DNA from: Trichosphaerium sp. ATCC 40318 | Lineage: Eukaryota; Protista; Tubulinea | Length of the DNA: 64,000 nt | NCBI GenBank assembly: GCA_038496445.1 | Contig: JALMLS010000505.1 | Span: forward strand, 62,001 to 126,000 | Reading direction: 5' to 3' | Shown here: positions 27,350 through 44,789 of the stretch, piece after piece | How the letters are laid out: each line of letters starts with the position of its first letter | How positions within the stretch are numbered: the stretch's first letter is position 1 | The notes under the pieces: model-generated | The model's input: only the letters and a program-made list of their open reading frames with translations | The model's database searches: none | What the model was told of the DNA's origin: nothing | Translations under genes and position numbers: made by a program

Positions 27350-29667
27350 GTTACGCTATCTTACATTGCCGTTAGTAATTCTCGCATGCTTTTTACCAAT
27401 AATAAGCGGTTTGCACGTTATCGATAAAAATGGGCATTCTACGGTAAGCTATTACGCTAAAAGTACTGGCTAAGCGTAGCTGTTCGTTAAAAAATGCTTT
27501 GGGTCATTTTTTTTTTGTATTTAAACGTTGGCAATGAATACACTTTATATATTACCACTTTAGCAGTGTAAAACTCAAAGCCAATCAAGAGTTTCCTTTT
27601 TTGAACGGTTACGAGCTTTTTCGAAATACTTTTCCTAAAACATCATTTGACGCTATGAATGTCACCTAAACCCCTTTCGTTGGTATCAATTCAGCGTAAA
27701 ATCCTATTTTGGATGTGTAGCAAACAATAATGATATTGTAGTACATTAAAGCAATCAAAGTGGATTACATATCACGTGATGTATCATCGACTTTTAAAAA
27801 TGTAACTCTTGTTGCATCAACATCACAAAACATATCTGGAAAGTACGAAAATACAAGGACACGAAACAGAGAACTAACTTGCCTTATTTTTTGTTTTTTG
27901 ATGTTAGTCTCGTTCACTCCACTAATTTATCTTTTTTTGTAGTTTTGTCTGTGTTCTCGAGGAAACACTAGTTCGAAATGTGGAGGATATTACAAAATAC
28001 TATAATTTGAATGCAACTGGTCTTATTATTAGAGTGACAAGTACACACAAGAGAAGTTTTTTTATCGGTGTATCTTCATCCACCTGACTTTTCTACCAGG
28101 TCGTATTCCAGGGTCTTTTGTAATTCACAAAGGATTCTTCTCATCAGTTAGTAACCTTGACTTCCATGTATTTCATATTGGCAGCCATGACGGCCCTGTA
28201 CTGCGTGACTTGATAGAAGCTAACAATGGCTCGTTAAAATTATTTATTGATGGAGGAGGTACCACGAATTTGATTGCTTGTTGCCTTTGATACTAAGTCT
28301 TTTGAAGAGCATAATGATTGGGTTGTTGCTTCTAGTGAAGCACTTGTAATACCTCTATTTAATGTATTCTTGGGAGGATTTGCGTTGATCACAACTTTAT
28401 ATGCAGCGTACAAGTTCTATGTATATACAAGTAGACATGTGCGTGTTGTTTTACTTTTTTTGTTTTTTTCATAGCTCATCGTTGACAGGGATGGAGCTGG
28501 ACAGTATGCCAAGTATGTCTTGGACTAGAAATTGTAGCAAATTTTGGTACGCTCGTTGCAAACACATTGATTATTTTTAGAGTGTTAAAGCCAACGTAAA
28601 CTTATTGAGAACATTCTTGCTAATTGTTTTTTAATAGAGCGTGCTCTTTTTGTAATCATTGATCCATACTTCTTGCGCACAATTTTTCCTAGAGTAATGG
28701 GACATATTTTAGCAACAATATCTATACCATTGACGTTACTCACAACATTACTTATTGCTTTTTACTGGTATGTTTATTACTTACTTAAAAGCTGTTATTT
28801 TGCTAACATTTCGCTTGACAAAAACCCCAGTCTCTTTGTATTTATTCACTTTTTTGCAAACTTTTGTTTACATTATCAGTACTTGTGTTAATGGCGGATG
28901 TAGGAGAGAACTTAGTTCTCGACAGTCGATAAAAATCTTGTCATTTATTGAAAGGTTAAAGATACCTTTTGTGATTATTGCTTCATTCATGTTTGTCTTT
29001 GAGATAACATCAGCAATTCTCCGTGTTATTCTATCTGATACTTATGCTGTTATCACTACAACCATTACTATAGTAATCTACTTTATACTTACAGTTGCAG
29101 TTGTTATTTTCTTTATAGCAGCAGGCTACGCTGTTCTAAAACGTATATCAAAAGCAACTTCAAACACAAAAGTTCGTAGACTCCGAATGATAACATACTT
29201 GATAATGTCAAGTTCTTTATTCCAAATTACTACCATTATAGTAGTTATAGTGGGCAATCTAACACAGTGGATGTGGTACGTGATAACCAATAAATAGGTG
29301 CAAAAAACAAAATTCTTATTTTTTTCTTTGTTTTAGGGATTATCCAAGTGGATACATTACCACGTGGGCAGTAATGTTCTTCTGTTTAACAATGACAAGC
29401 TTTATACAAATTATTGCTTGGAGTGATGGAAGTAGTAGTAACAGCAAAAGTAGTGCTACAAAAAGGAGGTCATCTGTAGCCCCGTCTATTTCTACCAATC
29501 CGTATTCTCCAAGAGGAGGTATTAAAACACAACGTGATATGGAACCAAGTATATCTTCTTCAAATGATGCTGATCTTGAAGAGAACCTGGAAATGTCTAA
29601 TGCAGTTGTACAAGAAGATGAGACTAAGTGGAAAGTAGCAAGCCCAGAAAAAAATTATTCTTTGTAA
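27350..29667 (+). CDS. Multi-pass (about 7TM) receptor-like protein with signal peptide and ectodomain, tandem copy 1; start uncertain
   Basis: Spliced ORFs 27760, 28274, 28673, 28755 and 29374 with successive hydrophobic helices; motifs LEIVAN..RALF..IDP and FYWRE; paralog immediately downstream. Confidence 0.75.
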
Positions 29668-30251
29668 TTAGCGTTGGAGTGATAGTGTAACAATAAAATC
29701 TAATTCGTATCCTTTTACGTAGTGTCACCTGGCCATCTGCTTAACATATAGGATACCCAAATGTACAACGAAGGTTTTGACATTATGGACTAAGTGGTCG
29801 TAATATGAATGGCTCTTGTTGATAAGAAGACCTAATATTGCAACAAAATCTAAGCCAGGTTAGAGTGTCACGTTGACTTGTACCTAGTTGAATTGAACTG
29901 ACGTAGTAAGTCTTCGAAATGAAAAATTTATCTTTTGGCTAGACTCCCAACACTTGTTTATTGCAACAAGCAAAAAAATGTCAAAAAAGTTATTTTTAGA
30001 CAAACATCTTCTAGAAGCACCTGAAAGGAAACTATCATTCAGAAACGGATAAAACGATTGATTGGAAGTGTTTTAACACCACACAACCTACTTGCATACG
30101 TTTATGTGCTCTTTGCAATAAATTTGGGCGGGATGAGGCCAAATGAAGCGTATTTGTACAAAAACGCTTATACAGTGTATTTTGGTGCGTAAAACGAAGC
30201 TGTATTTTAATCTTCTTGAAACACTGTTCAATTTCACGTTAAATGAATTCT

Positions 30252-32276
30252 ATGCGCTATCTCACATCATATTAGTACTTGTCATAAGCTTTTTACAACC
30301 AATAGCCAGTTTAAATGTTGTTGATAGAAACGGGCAGTCAACGGTACGTGCATTCGAATACTTAGTAAAAATACGTCCCAGCAGACCATTCAAATAAACC
30401 GATTCTACCAAGCGACATTTTTGGACGTAAATCAACCCTTTCAGAAGCTAGCTGCTTACTTGTCCAACTAACAAGCAACATAATACTCACGCTTTGTATT
30501 GTAGTACATTAAAGCAATCAAAGTGGATTACATATCACGTGATGTATCATCGACTTTTAAAAATGTAACTCTTGTTGCATCAACATCACAAAACATATCT
30601 GGAAAGTACGTCATTTCTCTTTCCTTTTTTTGTTTGTTTGTATAATTTCGACCTTTCTAAAAGTATTTTTTTAGCTTTGTTTATGTGAATGAAGCTAAAC
30701 AAGTATGGGACATAGATGTTATAACAGAATACTACAATTTGAATGCAACTGGTATTATAATCAGAGTAAAAAGTACTAACATTTAAACACTTTTTTTTAC
30801 AAATTAACTCGTATACCAGGTCATACTCCTGGAGGTTATATACTCCATAGACAAACTTACACTCCAGTACAAGCTCTAGACTTCCGGGTATTTCATATTG
30901 GTAACAGTGATGGACCTGTACTTTTTGACTTGATAGAAGCAAACAATGACTCTTTACAATTATTTATTGTTAATGAAGGTACCAAAGTGACATTTTTAAT
31001 GACCCACGTGACTTGTAGAGTGTGCTCAGATAAAACTCTGACTTTCCATTGTAATTTATTTGTTTTTCAGCTATAACATTGTACTTATTTTAGAGCACAA
31101 TGATTGGGATGTGGTTGTTAGTGAATATCTAATAGTTCCTCTTTTTAATATATTCTTGGGAGGATTTGCACTTATTACAACATTGTATGCATCCTATAAG
31201 TTTTATGGGTACACCACTCATAATGTACGTACAGGTCTTTTTTTTCCCATGAAACAACAATTCTTATAGTTTAATGACAGGGATGGAAGTGGACTGTATG
31301 TCAAGTATGCCTTGGACTGGAAATCATAGCAAATTTAGGTGCGTACGCAAAGCAAAGACAAAATTAAAAACTTCTAATTAATTAATACTATATATATAGA
31401 GCGTGCTCTTTTTGTCTCCTTGATCCGTATTTTATGCGTACCATTTTACCTAGAGTAGTAGGACATATATTGGCAACTATATCTTTACCTCTAACGTTAC
31501 TCACAACATTACTCATTTCTTTCTACTGGTACACTTCGATTGACATAAAAAAGCCAGTCTTTTCTTGTTGTATTCATTCACTTTTTTTTGCAAAGTTTTG
31601 TTACTTTTGTGCTAATTGTGACTGTAGGAGAGAACTTAGTTCTCAGCATTCGATAAAAATCTTGTCATTTATTGACAGGTTAAAGATACCTTTTGTGATT
31701 ATGGCTTGTGTATTGTTTATCTTTGAGATTACTACATCCATACTACGTGTTGTAGTACAAGATACTTATGCTATTGTTATCACTGTTATTACAGTTGGAG
31801 TATACTTAATACTTACAATAGCTATTGTTGGCTTTTTTACAGCAACAGGTCACGCTGTGTTGAACAGGCTTTCGCAAGTTCCTTCAAACAACAAAAAAAT
31901 TAGTAAACTTCGAATGATAACCTGCTTGATAATGTCAAGCGCTATTTTCCAAATCGCTACCATTTTAATAGCCATAATCGGTGCTGTGACAAGATGGACA
32001 TGGTAAGGTTAAACAATGAGAAAGCAAAATTCTTATTTTTTTCTTTGTTTTAGGGATTACCCGAGTGGATACATTACCACGTGGGCAGTAATGTTCTTCT
32101 GTTTAACAATGACAAGCTTTATACAAATTATTGCTTGGAGTGATGGGCGTGGTGATGGTTCTAGACAACATCAAACTTCTGTAGCTCCTTCTGTTGACCT
32201 CCAAACACAAAGGATTGAAACATCCGACGAACAAACTAAGTATCAAGTAGGCACTATTACTGAGGATAACAGTTAA
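30252..32276 (+). CDS. Tandem copy 2 of the 7TM receptor-like gene; possible 1-nt frameshift in the signal peptide
   Basis: Same exon structure and high identity to copy 1. The ATG at 30252 reads into TAG unless shifted by 1 nt. Confidence 0.7.
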
Positions 32277-32693
32277 CTTTTACAAATTACACATCTGTGA
32301 TGTATTGCTACAGCTGTATACATTGTCTCCAGGTATTATAGCAAGGTTGTTATGTACCATAAAATAAAAAAGCCTTTCTTAAAGGCTTATGACATTTGCG
32401 AACGTTGTCACTATCAGCAATGTACCCAGCAATAACAATGTAAATAAATACTAATCAGTGAGCTTTCCATGTTGCAAGTAAGTAGTTGTTAAAATAATTG
32501 CATTCGAAACAAATGTACTCTCTTTTTGTAAATGTCTACAATAAAAATGTTAAATATTGCGCTACGTCAAGAAAGTCACTACAGATTACGCAATGTCAAG
32601 TAATTGTGGCACATGACGAGTCTTCCAGCATGCTTGACGAATAATACCAGAGAGTTAGAAGTATTTGATAAACCTCATAGCTGTCTCCGGTAG

Positions 32694-33830
32694 TTCAGCT
32701 ATACATGTAATTAAAGCACGTCGCAATTACATTGACATAAAAAGACAATTTATCCAAAAGAACAAGTCTTGATACACCACTCGTACAATCCTGGGTTAAT
32801 CCACCAACATGTGCTTCGCGGTAAGACAGACCTTCACTGCTTTGGTTATGAGTGTCAGAGTTGATTTGGAGGTTTTTTTTTGCCTTTTTTTTTCTGAGTT
32901 CTTCCATTCTATGCATTGAACTTGTGATATAGGAAACGATCAATACATGAAGAGAAGAAAGAATACAACTTTATGTCATAATTAATTCATGCCCTTCGTG
33001 ATTTTACGTTAAATGTTGTTTGGTTTTTTACGTTCACTGAATTACCCACATTACCATAAACATCAAAGTCAATTTGTTTGTCATGTCTCTCAAAATAAAT
33101 TTCATTACAAGCAATAACAACCAGCAATAAACAACGCAAGAATAATGACAACTGTAGGAGAAAGTCAGATACGGTATGAGGAGAGAAAGTTCTGCAGACC
33201 AAAAAGAAATACTTGCAATCGAAAAGAAGGCTTTTAAAGACAAACAAGCTCAAGCACAAAAGACCTATTGAAAAACAAAAAGTTTCCCTTTCAGCTAAAC
33301 AATGTGATGGTATGTGTCAAAACAATTTGTAATACCTTTGCTGAGTAAAGGGGTGCCGAGACCTCTGAATTGAAGGCATCATTTAATATGATACCACATT
33401 TTTTTGTGATATCCCTTTTTTTACTAATGTCGCTGTCTGTAGCTATTGTACGAGCAGCATGGAAAAGCAATCAATTAGAGGTCGCCAAAAATGTGCCAAG
33501 TTCTGCTACGAAAGGTAAAGCCGCTTTTGAAAAAGCTATGAAGAGCGCAATGTGGTTGGGGAGTTTGAGAAACTTAAACTAGTATTGGCATAAATTAATC
33601 GCTCAATATTACCACTGTGTTATCGTAACAATATTCAAAAATAAAAGAAATTGTACCAACAAGGCGAGTGCTCTGATTGCTGCTACAATTGGAAGATCAG
33701 AACAGTCTTTTTATTGTTTGACACAGCTGTTTGTCAATGATATATCCTTGGTCAGTTCTATGTGTCGCACCAACACATTTATCTCTGTATCCAAGGTTTT
33801 TCCTTGCCTGTGTGGGTACTATGTACTGGC
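32694..33830 (-). pseudogene. Multi-TM protein pseudogene
   Basis: Hydrophobic exon remnants with in-frame TGA at 33471-33473 (ATSN*LLF) and 33250-33252 (VFCA*ACL), plus frameshifts upstream. Confidence 0.5.
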
Positions 33831-34025
33831 TATTGCAAAAAAAAAAAGTGCTGCCTAACTATCCTTTTCTATCAGTCCCTGGCTTTTAGACAAAATCTCT
33901 GAAAGCGATAGTAAAGCAAGCTTCCAGTACAACTAGTTAAAACAGTTCAATGACAAATTACCATAATCTGAGTCAATTCCAAAACGAGTAGATCTATTGA
34001 TAATTTTTTATTTGAAGACACAGCA

Positions 34026-35000
34026 TTACAAAATTATACTTAACAGTGCTACAAAAGAAACACAAAACAAAAGATTGATAGAATTCAATTTTTGTGAAGA
34101 TGAACCTGGTGGAGTTACAGGAGATTGTGTTGGAATGGCAGTTGGATCTGCTGTTGGTGCAATTGTTGGCGTTACTGTTGATAGTGATATTGGAAACACA
34201 GGAGCCAAGTTTGTAGGTGGCATACTTGGAGACACTGTTGTTGGCGTTAGTGTTGTAGGAGCTAACGTGGTAGGGCTTAGATTTGTGGGAGTTTGTGTTG
34301 TTGGTATCATTGGAGGTTGAGTGGTTGGAGGTAGCGTGGTTGGAGGTAAAGTTGTAGGAGGTAAAGTGGTTGGAGGTAGCGTGGTTGGAGCTAACGTTGT
34401 AGGAGGTAGAGTGGTTGGAGGGAGCGTGGTTGGAGGTAGAGTGGTTGGAGCTAACGTTGTAGGAGGTAAAGTGGTTGGAGGTAGCGTGGTTGGTGCTAAT
34501 GTTGTATCTATGTTATATTTCACTACAAATAAACCTGGAGGATGGACTGTTGGTGGTATGTCGAAACTATCAAAAAGGTAAACGCCGGCGTCAAAATTTG
34601 GTAATTGCGCACCCGAATGTTGTTGCATTGAAGAAAGGATTTATGGGAGCATTGGTGAAATTAGAAGAAACCAAAGAGATACCTAAGTTAAAGCGTTAGT
34701 TTAGTGATACCTGTGTTGCCATGACACAAAACAGAGAAGGTAATAATAAAATCAAACTAAAAATACTTCACATATTTATTCTAAAACAGTTTAATGTGTA
34801 TACCTTCAACTATTGATGCCTCCATAACACATCTAACAATAACCGGCAAGCTTGCACTTTGCGCAATACTGGCAACGTGTATGCAACAAGAGCGAGGGCC
34901 AACTTGAGCACTGTACTCTATTGATGCATCGGAAACAATAAAATCAGGGTTGTTTGGTTCCGAAAGAATAGTTTCGTTAGTACTTACACCACGCATGTTT
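34026..35000 (-). CDS. Mucin-like Pro/Thr surface protein with hydrophobic (GPI-like) C-terminus; 5' part appears frameshifted
   Basis: ORF 34026-34628 has (P/A)PTTL repeats and ends SSSQK..LLFCVSFVALLSIIL. The upstream exon frame hits TGA near 34591. Confidence 0.65.
34310..34505 (-). repeat. 15-bp coding tandem repeat (PPTTL/APTTL), about 12 units
   Basis: gtggttggaggtagc / gttgtaggaggtaaa / gtggttggagctaac variants in tandem. Confidence 0.95.
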
Positions 35001-35384
35001 TAGTTTTAGTGTTACAGTGCTAAAACATATTTTAGTGACATTTAGAAGAAGAGCAAGTGCTTTCATGGTTTTACAGGTAAGAGTTGTGTTATTTTTAGGT
35101 AATTTGCGACTAGTTTCTCCGGGGTTTCCTAAAATGGCGACAAAAAAGTAGAACAAATGTCGAAGTGATATTGAACTGTTCGCCACAAAGGAGACAACTG
35201 GGGTATGGCGCTCAGTCGCCGCTAGGCTCTGCCCCCCCGAACCCCCTTTTTAAATAGTTCCTATGGCATAATATAGGATAAATAGTCAATTGTCGGCCGA
35301 CTTTTTTGACTTTTTTTTTTCAAAATTTTCAATTTGGGCTTCCACTTCGAAAGAATTTCGTCAATACAATGACTCGCGGTAATT

Positions 35385-35782
35385 AACGAGTTTTCAAATC
35401 GAATAAATACTCATATTCGTATTCGAATATGTGTTTGTTGTAATTAAAAATTGGTTGCAACTGCACTGGTTGTAGCCAGCTAAGAAAAATACGAAGGCTG
35501 GTTCTGTGTTTTTTCCCCCCCGTCATGCGTTCTTACGTAAAAGCTCTAAACAACACTCTCATAGTTTTTTCTACCCGCAGAGATGCAAGAAATAAAGGTT
35601 TTGTGGTGTTTGGTGAGCGAACTATTTGTCCCATAAAGGCAATTGCACCTAATAAAACAATATTTTATGCTGTTGTCAAAACTTTTATTTTAGCGATTTT
35701 CGACTCAAAAATGAACCTATTTTGGTTCATCGATTTTTGAGATCGAATACGAATATGTGTTTATTCGTTTGGAACATCGGTA
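35385..35782. mobile_element. MITE-like non-autonomous element with imperfect terminal inverted repeats
   Basis: cgaataaatactcatattcgtattcga (about 35400-35426) versus tcgaatacgaatatgtgtttattcg (35743-35767). No recognisable coding region inside. No TSD identified. Confidence 0.45.
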
Positions 35783-36231
35783 CTTGTAAGTTCAAGGAAG
35801 GCACAGTAGGGGTCAACGTTACAATTCAACACCCAGGAAGCGCATTCCATATGACATCCCATACGCCAGAAACATACCACAACAAACTGAGAATTTAGTT
35901 GCACGTGTTAAATCCGCTAAACTTGATAGGACTAATTTTTTCAATGAAGCAATTTTTTGTAGTTTCGGCTTTCAGCTGCTAAACAGTCTGAATTCTCTAT
36001 CGGGCGTTAGTTATGCTAAAGAGGTACAGCAAGTATCTAAACGACAGACTTTTTCGGTCAATCTGGAGTTAAGTGTCTTAAAACCCAAACTACGTACACC
36101 AAACATAGCCCACGCTATTACCGTGACAGTTCAAATAAATTTAGTGAAGTAGAGCGAATCTCCGTACGTGTCGTACCCAGATATCGTGGTTACGCTTATT
36201 AGTGTTTACAATAAAATTATATAGTACTGTG

Positions 36232-37907
36232 ATGAAGAGTAGCGCTGCCGAGTTAATGAAACGTTACAATACGCTAGCAGAACAGCTAGATGATCTTGGA
36301 CAACGCGTTGTTCGCGTCCAAGGTACGTGAGTTGCAATACCGGCAAGTTAATGCTGTCTAGAGATTGAAATTAAAATGAGCAGCTTTAATATGGCTCTTA
36401 AAGAAGCAAACGATGTTAGTCATCAGCTAAAGCAAGCCGAAGACAAGATAAAAGAAAAGCGACCAATTTTGGTACAATAATATTCTACATCAGTTATTCC
36501 ACCTGTGGATATACCCAACGCATTGTTATCGGGCAACTTTTATCCCAAATGTTTTCGTTAAACTGTAACCACCCTATCTTCTTTGAAATTCTATCAAGTG
36601 CTAGTTTATCAAACCGGCGTCCTAGCTTCACTTCTGGCGCACAAATTTTAACTAAGTTATAGATCAAATGTAAGAGGTTGAGAGAACAAAGCACGAAACT
36701 GAAATCAGCGTATTACGAGCTGCAGCAAACTTATTCGCAGCGTGAGAAACATTTGGTAGAACTTACACATAAGCTGAGAGGCTATTTTATTGCTTCAAGA
36801 TGCTTAGTGGATATGCAACTACCTGCGTCTATTAGAATAGCAAGTGGGATGCAACCGAGAATGCTTCGTAGAGCACGTGTTCGTCAGCTTGTGCCACTTG
36901 CTTGTAAGTAGTATTTCTGTCTTTTTATGTATTTTTTTCTCTTGTGTCTGTATTTCTCGAAAAAAAACCCGTTTATTGTGTCTTTCAAGTTAAACATTAC
37001 CTCTTGATTAGCTTGTGATTACTTTATAATAATTTTTGAATTATCAACTAAGGTGATTTATTTTGAATGACACATGATTGCAAATTGTATTGTTTTATTT
37101 TTCTTAGTTTTTACTGTTTATTTATAGATCGTAAAGTGCGACTAGATGACGTTACAGAACACTTAGAAAAAGACATTGCCGATATGGAAGAACAAAAGGC
37201 AGCATTGCACGTATTGATTATTTTCCAACGGCGAAAATTTATTGACAACAGCTTGTTAACGTTGACGTAGTGAAAACAGTATAGAGGGGTGCAAATTCAC
37301 AGAAGAAGAGGCAGACAAAGCATTGTCGAGAATACCAGAATTAGAAAGACTTACAAGACATCATCATTTGTTGTATGGATCAGCTATAGCTGAGGTAGAG
37401 ACATCATATTTACTTCTACAAAAAAAACTGACCAAAAAAAAACTGTTTTAAAAGGGTTCTTCATTAGAGTTATTATTGCGCTCTCAATTTACTTTCTTCT
37501 ATCAAATTACCAAGAATGAATCAACTAGCTACCATTTTTGGCAAGAGGAAATATTTTGCGGCTATAGCGCAGCATTTATCATGCCGTTTCATAAATTTTT
37601 TTTTCCAACTCTCAGTGTTTTCCATACTTGCTATTTACTGATGTTCCTTTCTTTAGCTAGACAAAATTAGAGAGGCTGAGCATAACTATGTTGATTTAAA
37701 AGATTATTATGCGCGTATACTGAAATTATACAATGGCCTTGAGCGTAAGCTAGTAAACATTTATTTTTTCATTAAATCCAAATTATACACTAAATTGTAC
37801 TTCTTTTAATAGGTGATCTGATACAAATTAATTCTGATATTGCTTTTCTTGAACAGGATGAGCTCACAAAAAAATACCAAGAGAACCAGCCAATTGTATT
37901 GAATTAA
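36232..37907 (+). CDS. Coiled-coil protein of unknown function
   Basis: Spliced MKSSAAELMKRYNTLAEQL... through ORFs 36678 and 37067 to ...QPIVLN*; heptad-rich. Confidence 0.6.
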
Positions 37908-38259
37908 CAGATTACCACATCAGCATATGTTGGAAAACGGAGAATAAAAGATAAGAACTAATAAATAATAAACACAAGTTTTGTGTACATGTGTTTTTAT
38001 TTGATCCATACTTTCAACACATGGCATTGTCACAATGAACAAAAAAAAATGAATTATAGCTACAATGCTTTGGCAGGTACTTCAGTAGTGCTATTTTCTT
38101 TTGAGTTCGAAGGCCTAGGTAGATAATTAGGGATACAAAATAATGAAAAAAAATGAAAGAATACGTCAGTTCTATTCGTTCAAATTCTACTGTGTCTTGT
38201 CCCGCAATAAACACCATCATTTTTATTCGCATATATAAAACAGTATATTCAAGGCAACG

Positions 38260-40932
38260 AGAGAAAATAAAGTGACATGTCGCTTAAATGATTTGTTGAT
38301 GTGTCAAGTTATTTTGACGATTTTTTTTACAAAATGATCAAATTGAAGAAAAAAATGAGAAAGGTAACTGCAGACTTACTCTGGTTCCTCCATATTCCTC
38401 AAACCAATACAAGTAACAGCATGGCAGAAAAAGTATGGTAATAAGAAAGATACAAATGTTAAACATCCAGGACCAAAGAATCCTCTGTATAAAAATGGGA
38501 ATATTGTAGGACCATGTTGGATTGCTAGGTTACTTGCTATCAAGCATAAAATATTCATACCAACTACAAACGTTGATGAAAGTGCAGCTACAGGTGATTT
38601 GAGTAGACCAGGGTTCTAAGTAGTGATAAAAATGGTCAGTGAACATGTGCATAAAAAATTAAAGAAGTTTGGAATTTTTGTGTTCATTAAACATTTTTAA
38701 CTGTACCTTTGCAAAGTATGCGGAGATAGGATACTCTATCGAAACAAAGAAACATTGGAAAGCAGACCAAGTGAGCTAGTTTGCCAAAAAAATGAGACGT
38801 GACTTGTTGAGAAATGTAAAGAAAAAGATTACTAACCCATTTCGCATTGAGATCATGCCACACGCCAGCGAAAACAAATGCAACACAAATTGCGAACAGC
38901 TATTAAAATAGATTAATCAACCTGGAATAAATGCATGGTGGCTTTAGAAAGGAAAGAAATTGTTTGAGGAAGAGTTTTAGAAGAAAAAGTTGATAAAACA
39001 AAACATACAGGATTGTTACGTCCACCAAGAGGAATATACACATATTTCACAATCCATCTATTAAAACTTGCGTGCCAGTTTCTCCAAAATAATCTGAACG
39101 ACATACTGAATGTAATACAACCTTTTAAAAGAATAAATAAGCAACAAGACAAGCACAATTAGGTTGATGGTTTTTCAGTTTTTTGTTCTTTCGAAACTGA
39201 GCGTACTTGTCATATTCTCAGGTACCCAAATACCATCAAGTAAAGCGAATGCGCGTGAGAATCTCCAAATAATAAGGAATTTCATGTACATGAAATGAAG
39301 TGTAAAGTAACATGTCAAAGCTACACCATAACTATCCATTCTGAAATAAAAAAAGTAAATACATTTTTCTTGTTTTTTCAGGCTACATACGCTCTCCACA
39401 TGCCATGTTCGTTGAATGAATACAAGTAAATATAATGCAACATGACTTCTACAAGAAACATATAAACACTGGTCTAAAGGTACGTGTTACAAGACATGGA
39501 GTTCAACACTTAGTACCTTTACAAACATGAATAAAACAGACATCAATGGTACCTTCGTCTGAGGTTTCTTGACCTTAACAACCATGTTAACATTATGTCA
39601 TGATTACTATCATGGATAAACGTACATTATTTACAAACTCTGGAAACGTGGTAATAGGTCCAGCAAGGTACAACGGAAAATAGAAGCAATAAGCTAAAAC
39701 ATAAAAAATATTGAAATCTGATGGCTCAACTTCAAGTAACTTGTTTTCTTTGGGAATACCCTTGGTATCTGGGTTCTTAATACGAAGATTCTGCCACCTA
39801 TACTCCATTGCAAAACTAATAACACGAAGGAATATCATCTTATAATAAACATGCCAAGATCCGTAAAGAAGACCTTTCCAACCCTAAAACGAAAATAAAC
39901 AAAAACCAAGCACAATCTGTTGTCTCAGGCGTCCGAATACATTAAGATTTTACGTACAAATAAAGGAAAGCGCATAGCAAGATGTTGAGGATAGTAATAT
40001 GCAAGGAGTAATGGTATAAGTGAGAAAACCCAGTTCACTGGTGGGTATGTTGTAATTGCTGTAGCCAATATATACGCAGCAACAACAAGAGCAAGGTTAC
40101 AAAAAGCACCAGCTCCAAACAATACAAAGTTTGCCGCAACACCAACAATGACATAGTACTAAATAACGAAGAGAGGGTGTCAGTGAATAATAAAACAGCG
40201 ATAGATGAGGAAAACAAGAAAGAAAACTCAAATGGTTACAGTTCAAAGCGTTCAAATTCGTTGGCTTTTTTTTGTTCCCAGCTCACAGAAAATACTGTTT
40301 TATAGCGAAATAAAACGCGAGGACTTTTGAAAGGTGGTGGGTGGAAAAGGTATGATTTGAACGACTTGTGCTGTAGATTTTCTCTTTTTTTTTTGTTGAC
40401 ATTTTGACACATTGCTGACAAAATGTTTCAACAAAAAACCGTTGATGGCTGTTCCTGTGAACTACAAAATAAGTTTTACGTGTCACGTACACCTAAGAGA
40501 ATATGTCTATTTGTGTATTGACGCAATAATCTACTGACTAACACAAATGCGAGTGTTGCTCCACTGTAAAGCATAAAATGTCCTCTGTAACTTTTGTATT
40601 GGTGATCAGATAGATCCATTATGCGATTTTCTATTAAACGTTAAAAGATAACGTCCATACACCTTGTATGCGACGTCTTGCGCAGTCACGTACTGAATAA
40701 CCACCCTGCACGAAATCCAGCGCGGTAGCGCAACTCTTCTGGCTGTTCTTTTTAAAAACGTTAACAAGGAGTTGGCAGAGTTTGTTATAATACCTTGGGA
40801 TACTTTGTAGCAGAGATAAAGGAACATTATATTGCAGAACACATCAAACAGCGTCCAATACAACATGGGACCAATAGCGAGTCCAAAAACTCGCGCAGGT
40901 GCCAAGTCCATTACAAGGCGCTTAAAACTCAT
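38260..40932 (-). CDS. GUP1: MBOAT O-acyltransferase, GUP1/HHAT-like; 3' end approximate
   Basis: [67 protein letters not shown], catalytic VWHD. Confidence 0.88.
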
Positions 40933-41089
40933 TTTATGCGTTGCCTTTTGCTAACTATAACGCAAATATGTGTAATGGCGCGGTTTAGATTAGATTTTGA
41001 TTGTTTGAATCCTTTTTTGCACAATTGTTTTACACGGTTGACTTTGTTTGCCATTTGTTAGAGCCGGTTGGCACTTTACCTACTTGAAA

Positions 41090-41612
41090 TCAACGTTTAA
41101 CAAGACTATAAACGAACTTGGCTTCATTTCTTACTCCACTGAGTGTACTTGGTCTTTCATACTGCTCACTATTAGGTCAGTGCGCAAGCGGTTGTTACCA
41201 GAACAAGCCAGCCTAGCATACGCCCACAGTTTTGAATATTTCCAAATTTCTCGTGTATTTGACATTTTTCAAAAAAGGATTCGTAATAACACCCAACGAA
41301 CTGTTCCCAACTTTAAAATCTACAAATAGTGCCGTACGATATTCAAATATGCCACTCGCACTTGTTTGGGATGTATCAGACTCTCTTGTACCTTTTTCAT
41401 TTGATAGGTTCGGACTTGGCGTTAAAACCCTATGTACGGCATGACGGGATCTTAGAGTACGTTTCGTTGGTTTATGTACCGTTTTCTTAGTCTGTAGTTT
41501 TTTTTAAAAGTTGTCTTTTACGGCATCAACAATACCATACGCGCACGTACGCTCTTTGACTTGCTTACTAGCTAGAAGACTTGAAAACCCAACTGACACC
41601 AACCTTCAGCAT
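41090..41612 (-). CDS. Small basic hypothetical protein
   Basis: Four putative exons MLK/TKKTVHKP..NEK/DFKVG..FKT/..VKR* with canonical splice signals; no homology recognised. Confidence 0.35.
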
Positions 41613-41776
41613 TAACAACATTTACCGCATTAATTATTGGCTGTTACGCAACAACAAGCACTGGAGCGCACAAGGAGCGAACGCGCCTTAAAACCGACCG
41701 TTAAGGACGATAAGCGCTCATTTGTTCACCAAAAGCGTCATTAAACGCACTTTATCAAAACTACCTTTAAAACATC

Positions 41777-44789
<3,013 letters not shown>

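Noticed and set aside
33250-33473. In-frame TGA at Trp-like positions suggesting UGA reassignment
   Set aside because: Conserved genes use TGG for Trp, TGA terminates other ORFs (10890, 46022, 58927) and the same locus has frameshifts; a pseudogene is the simpler explanation.
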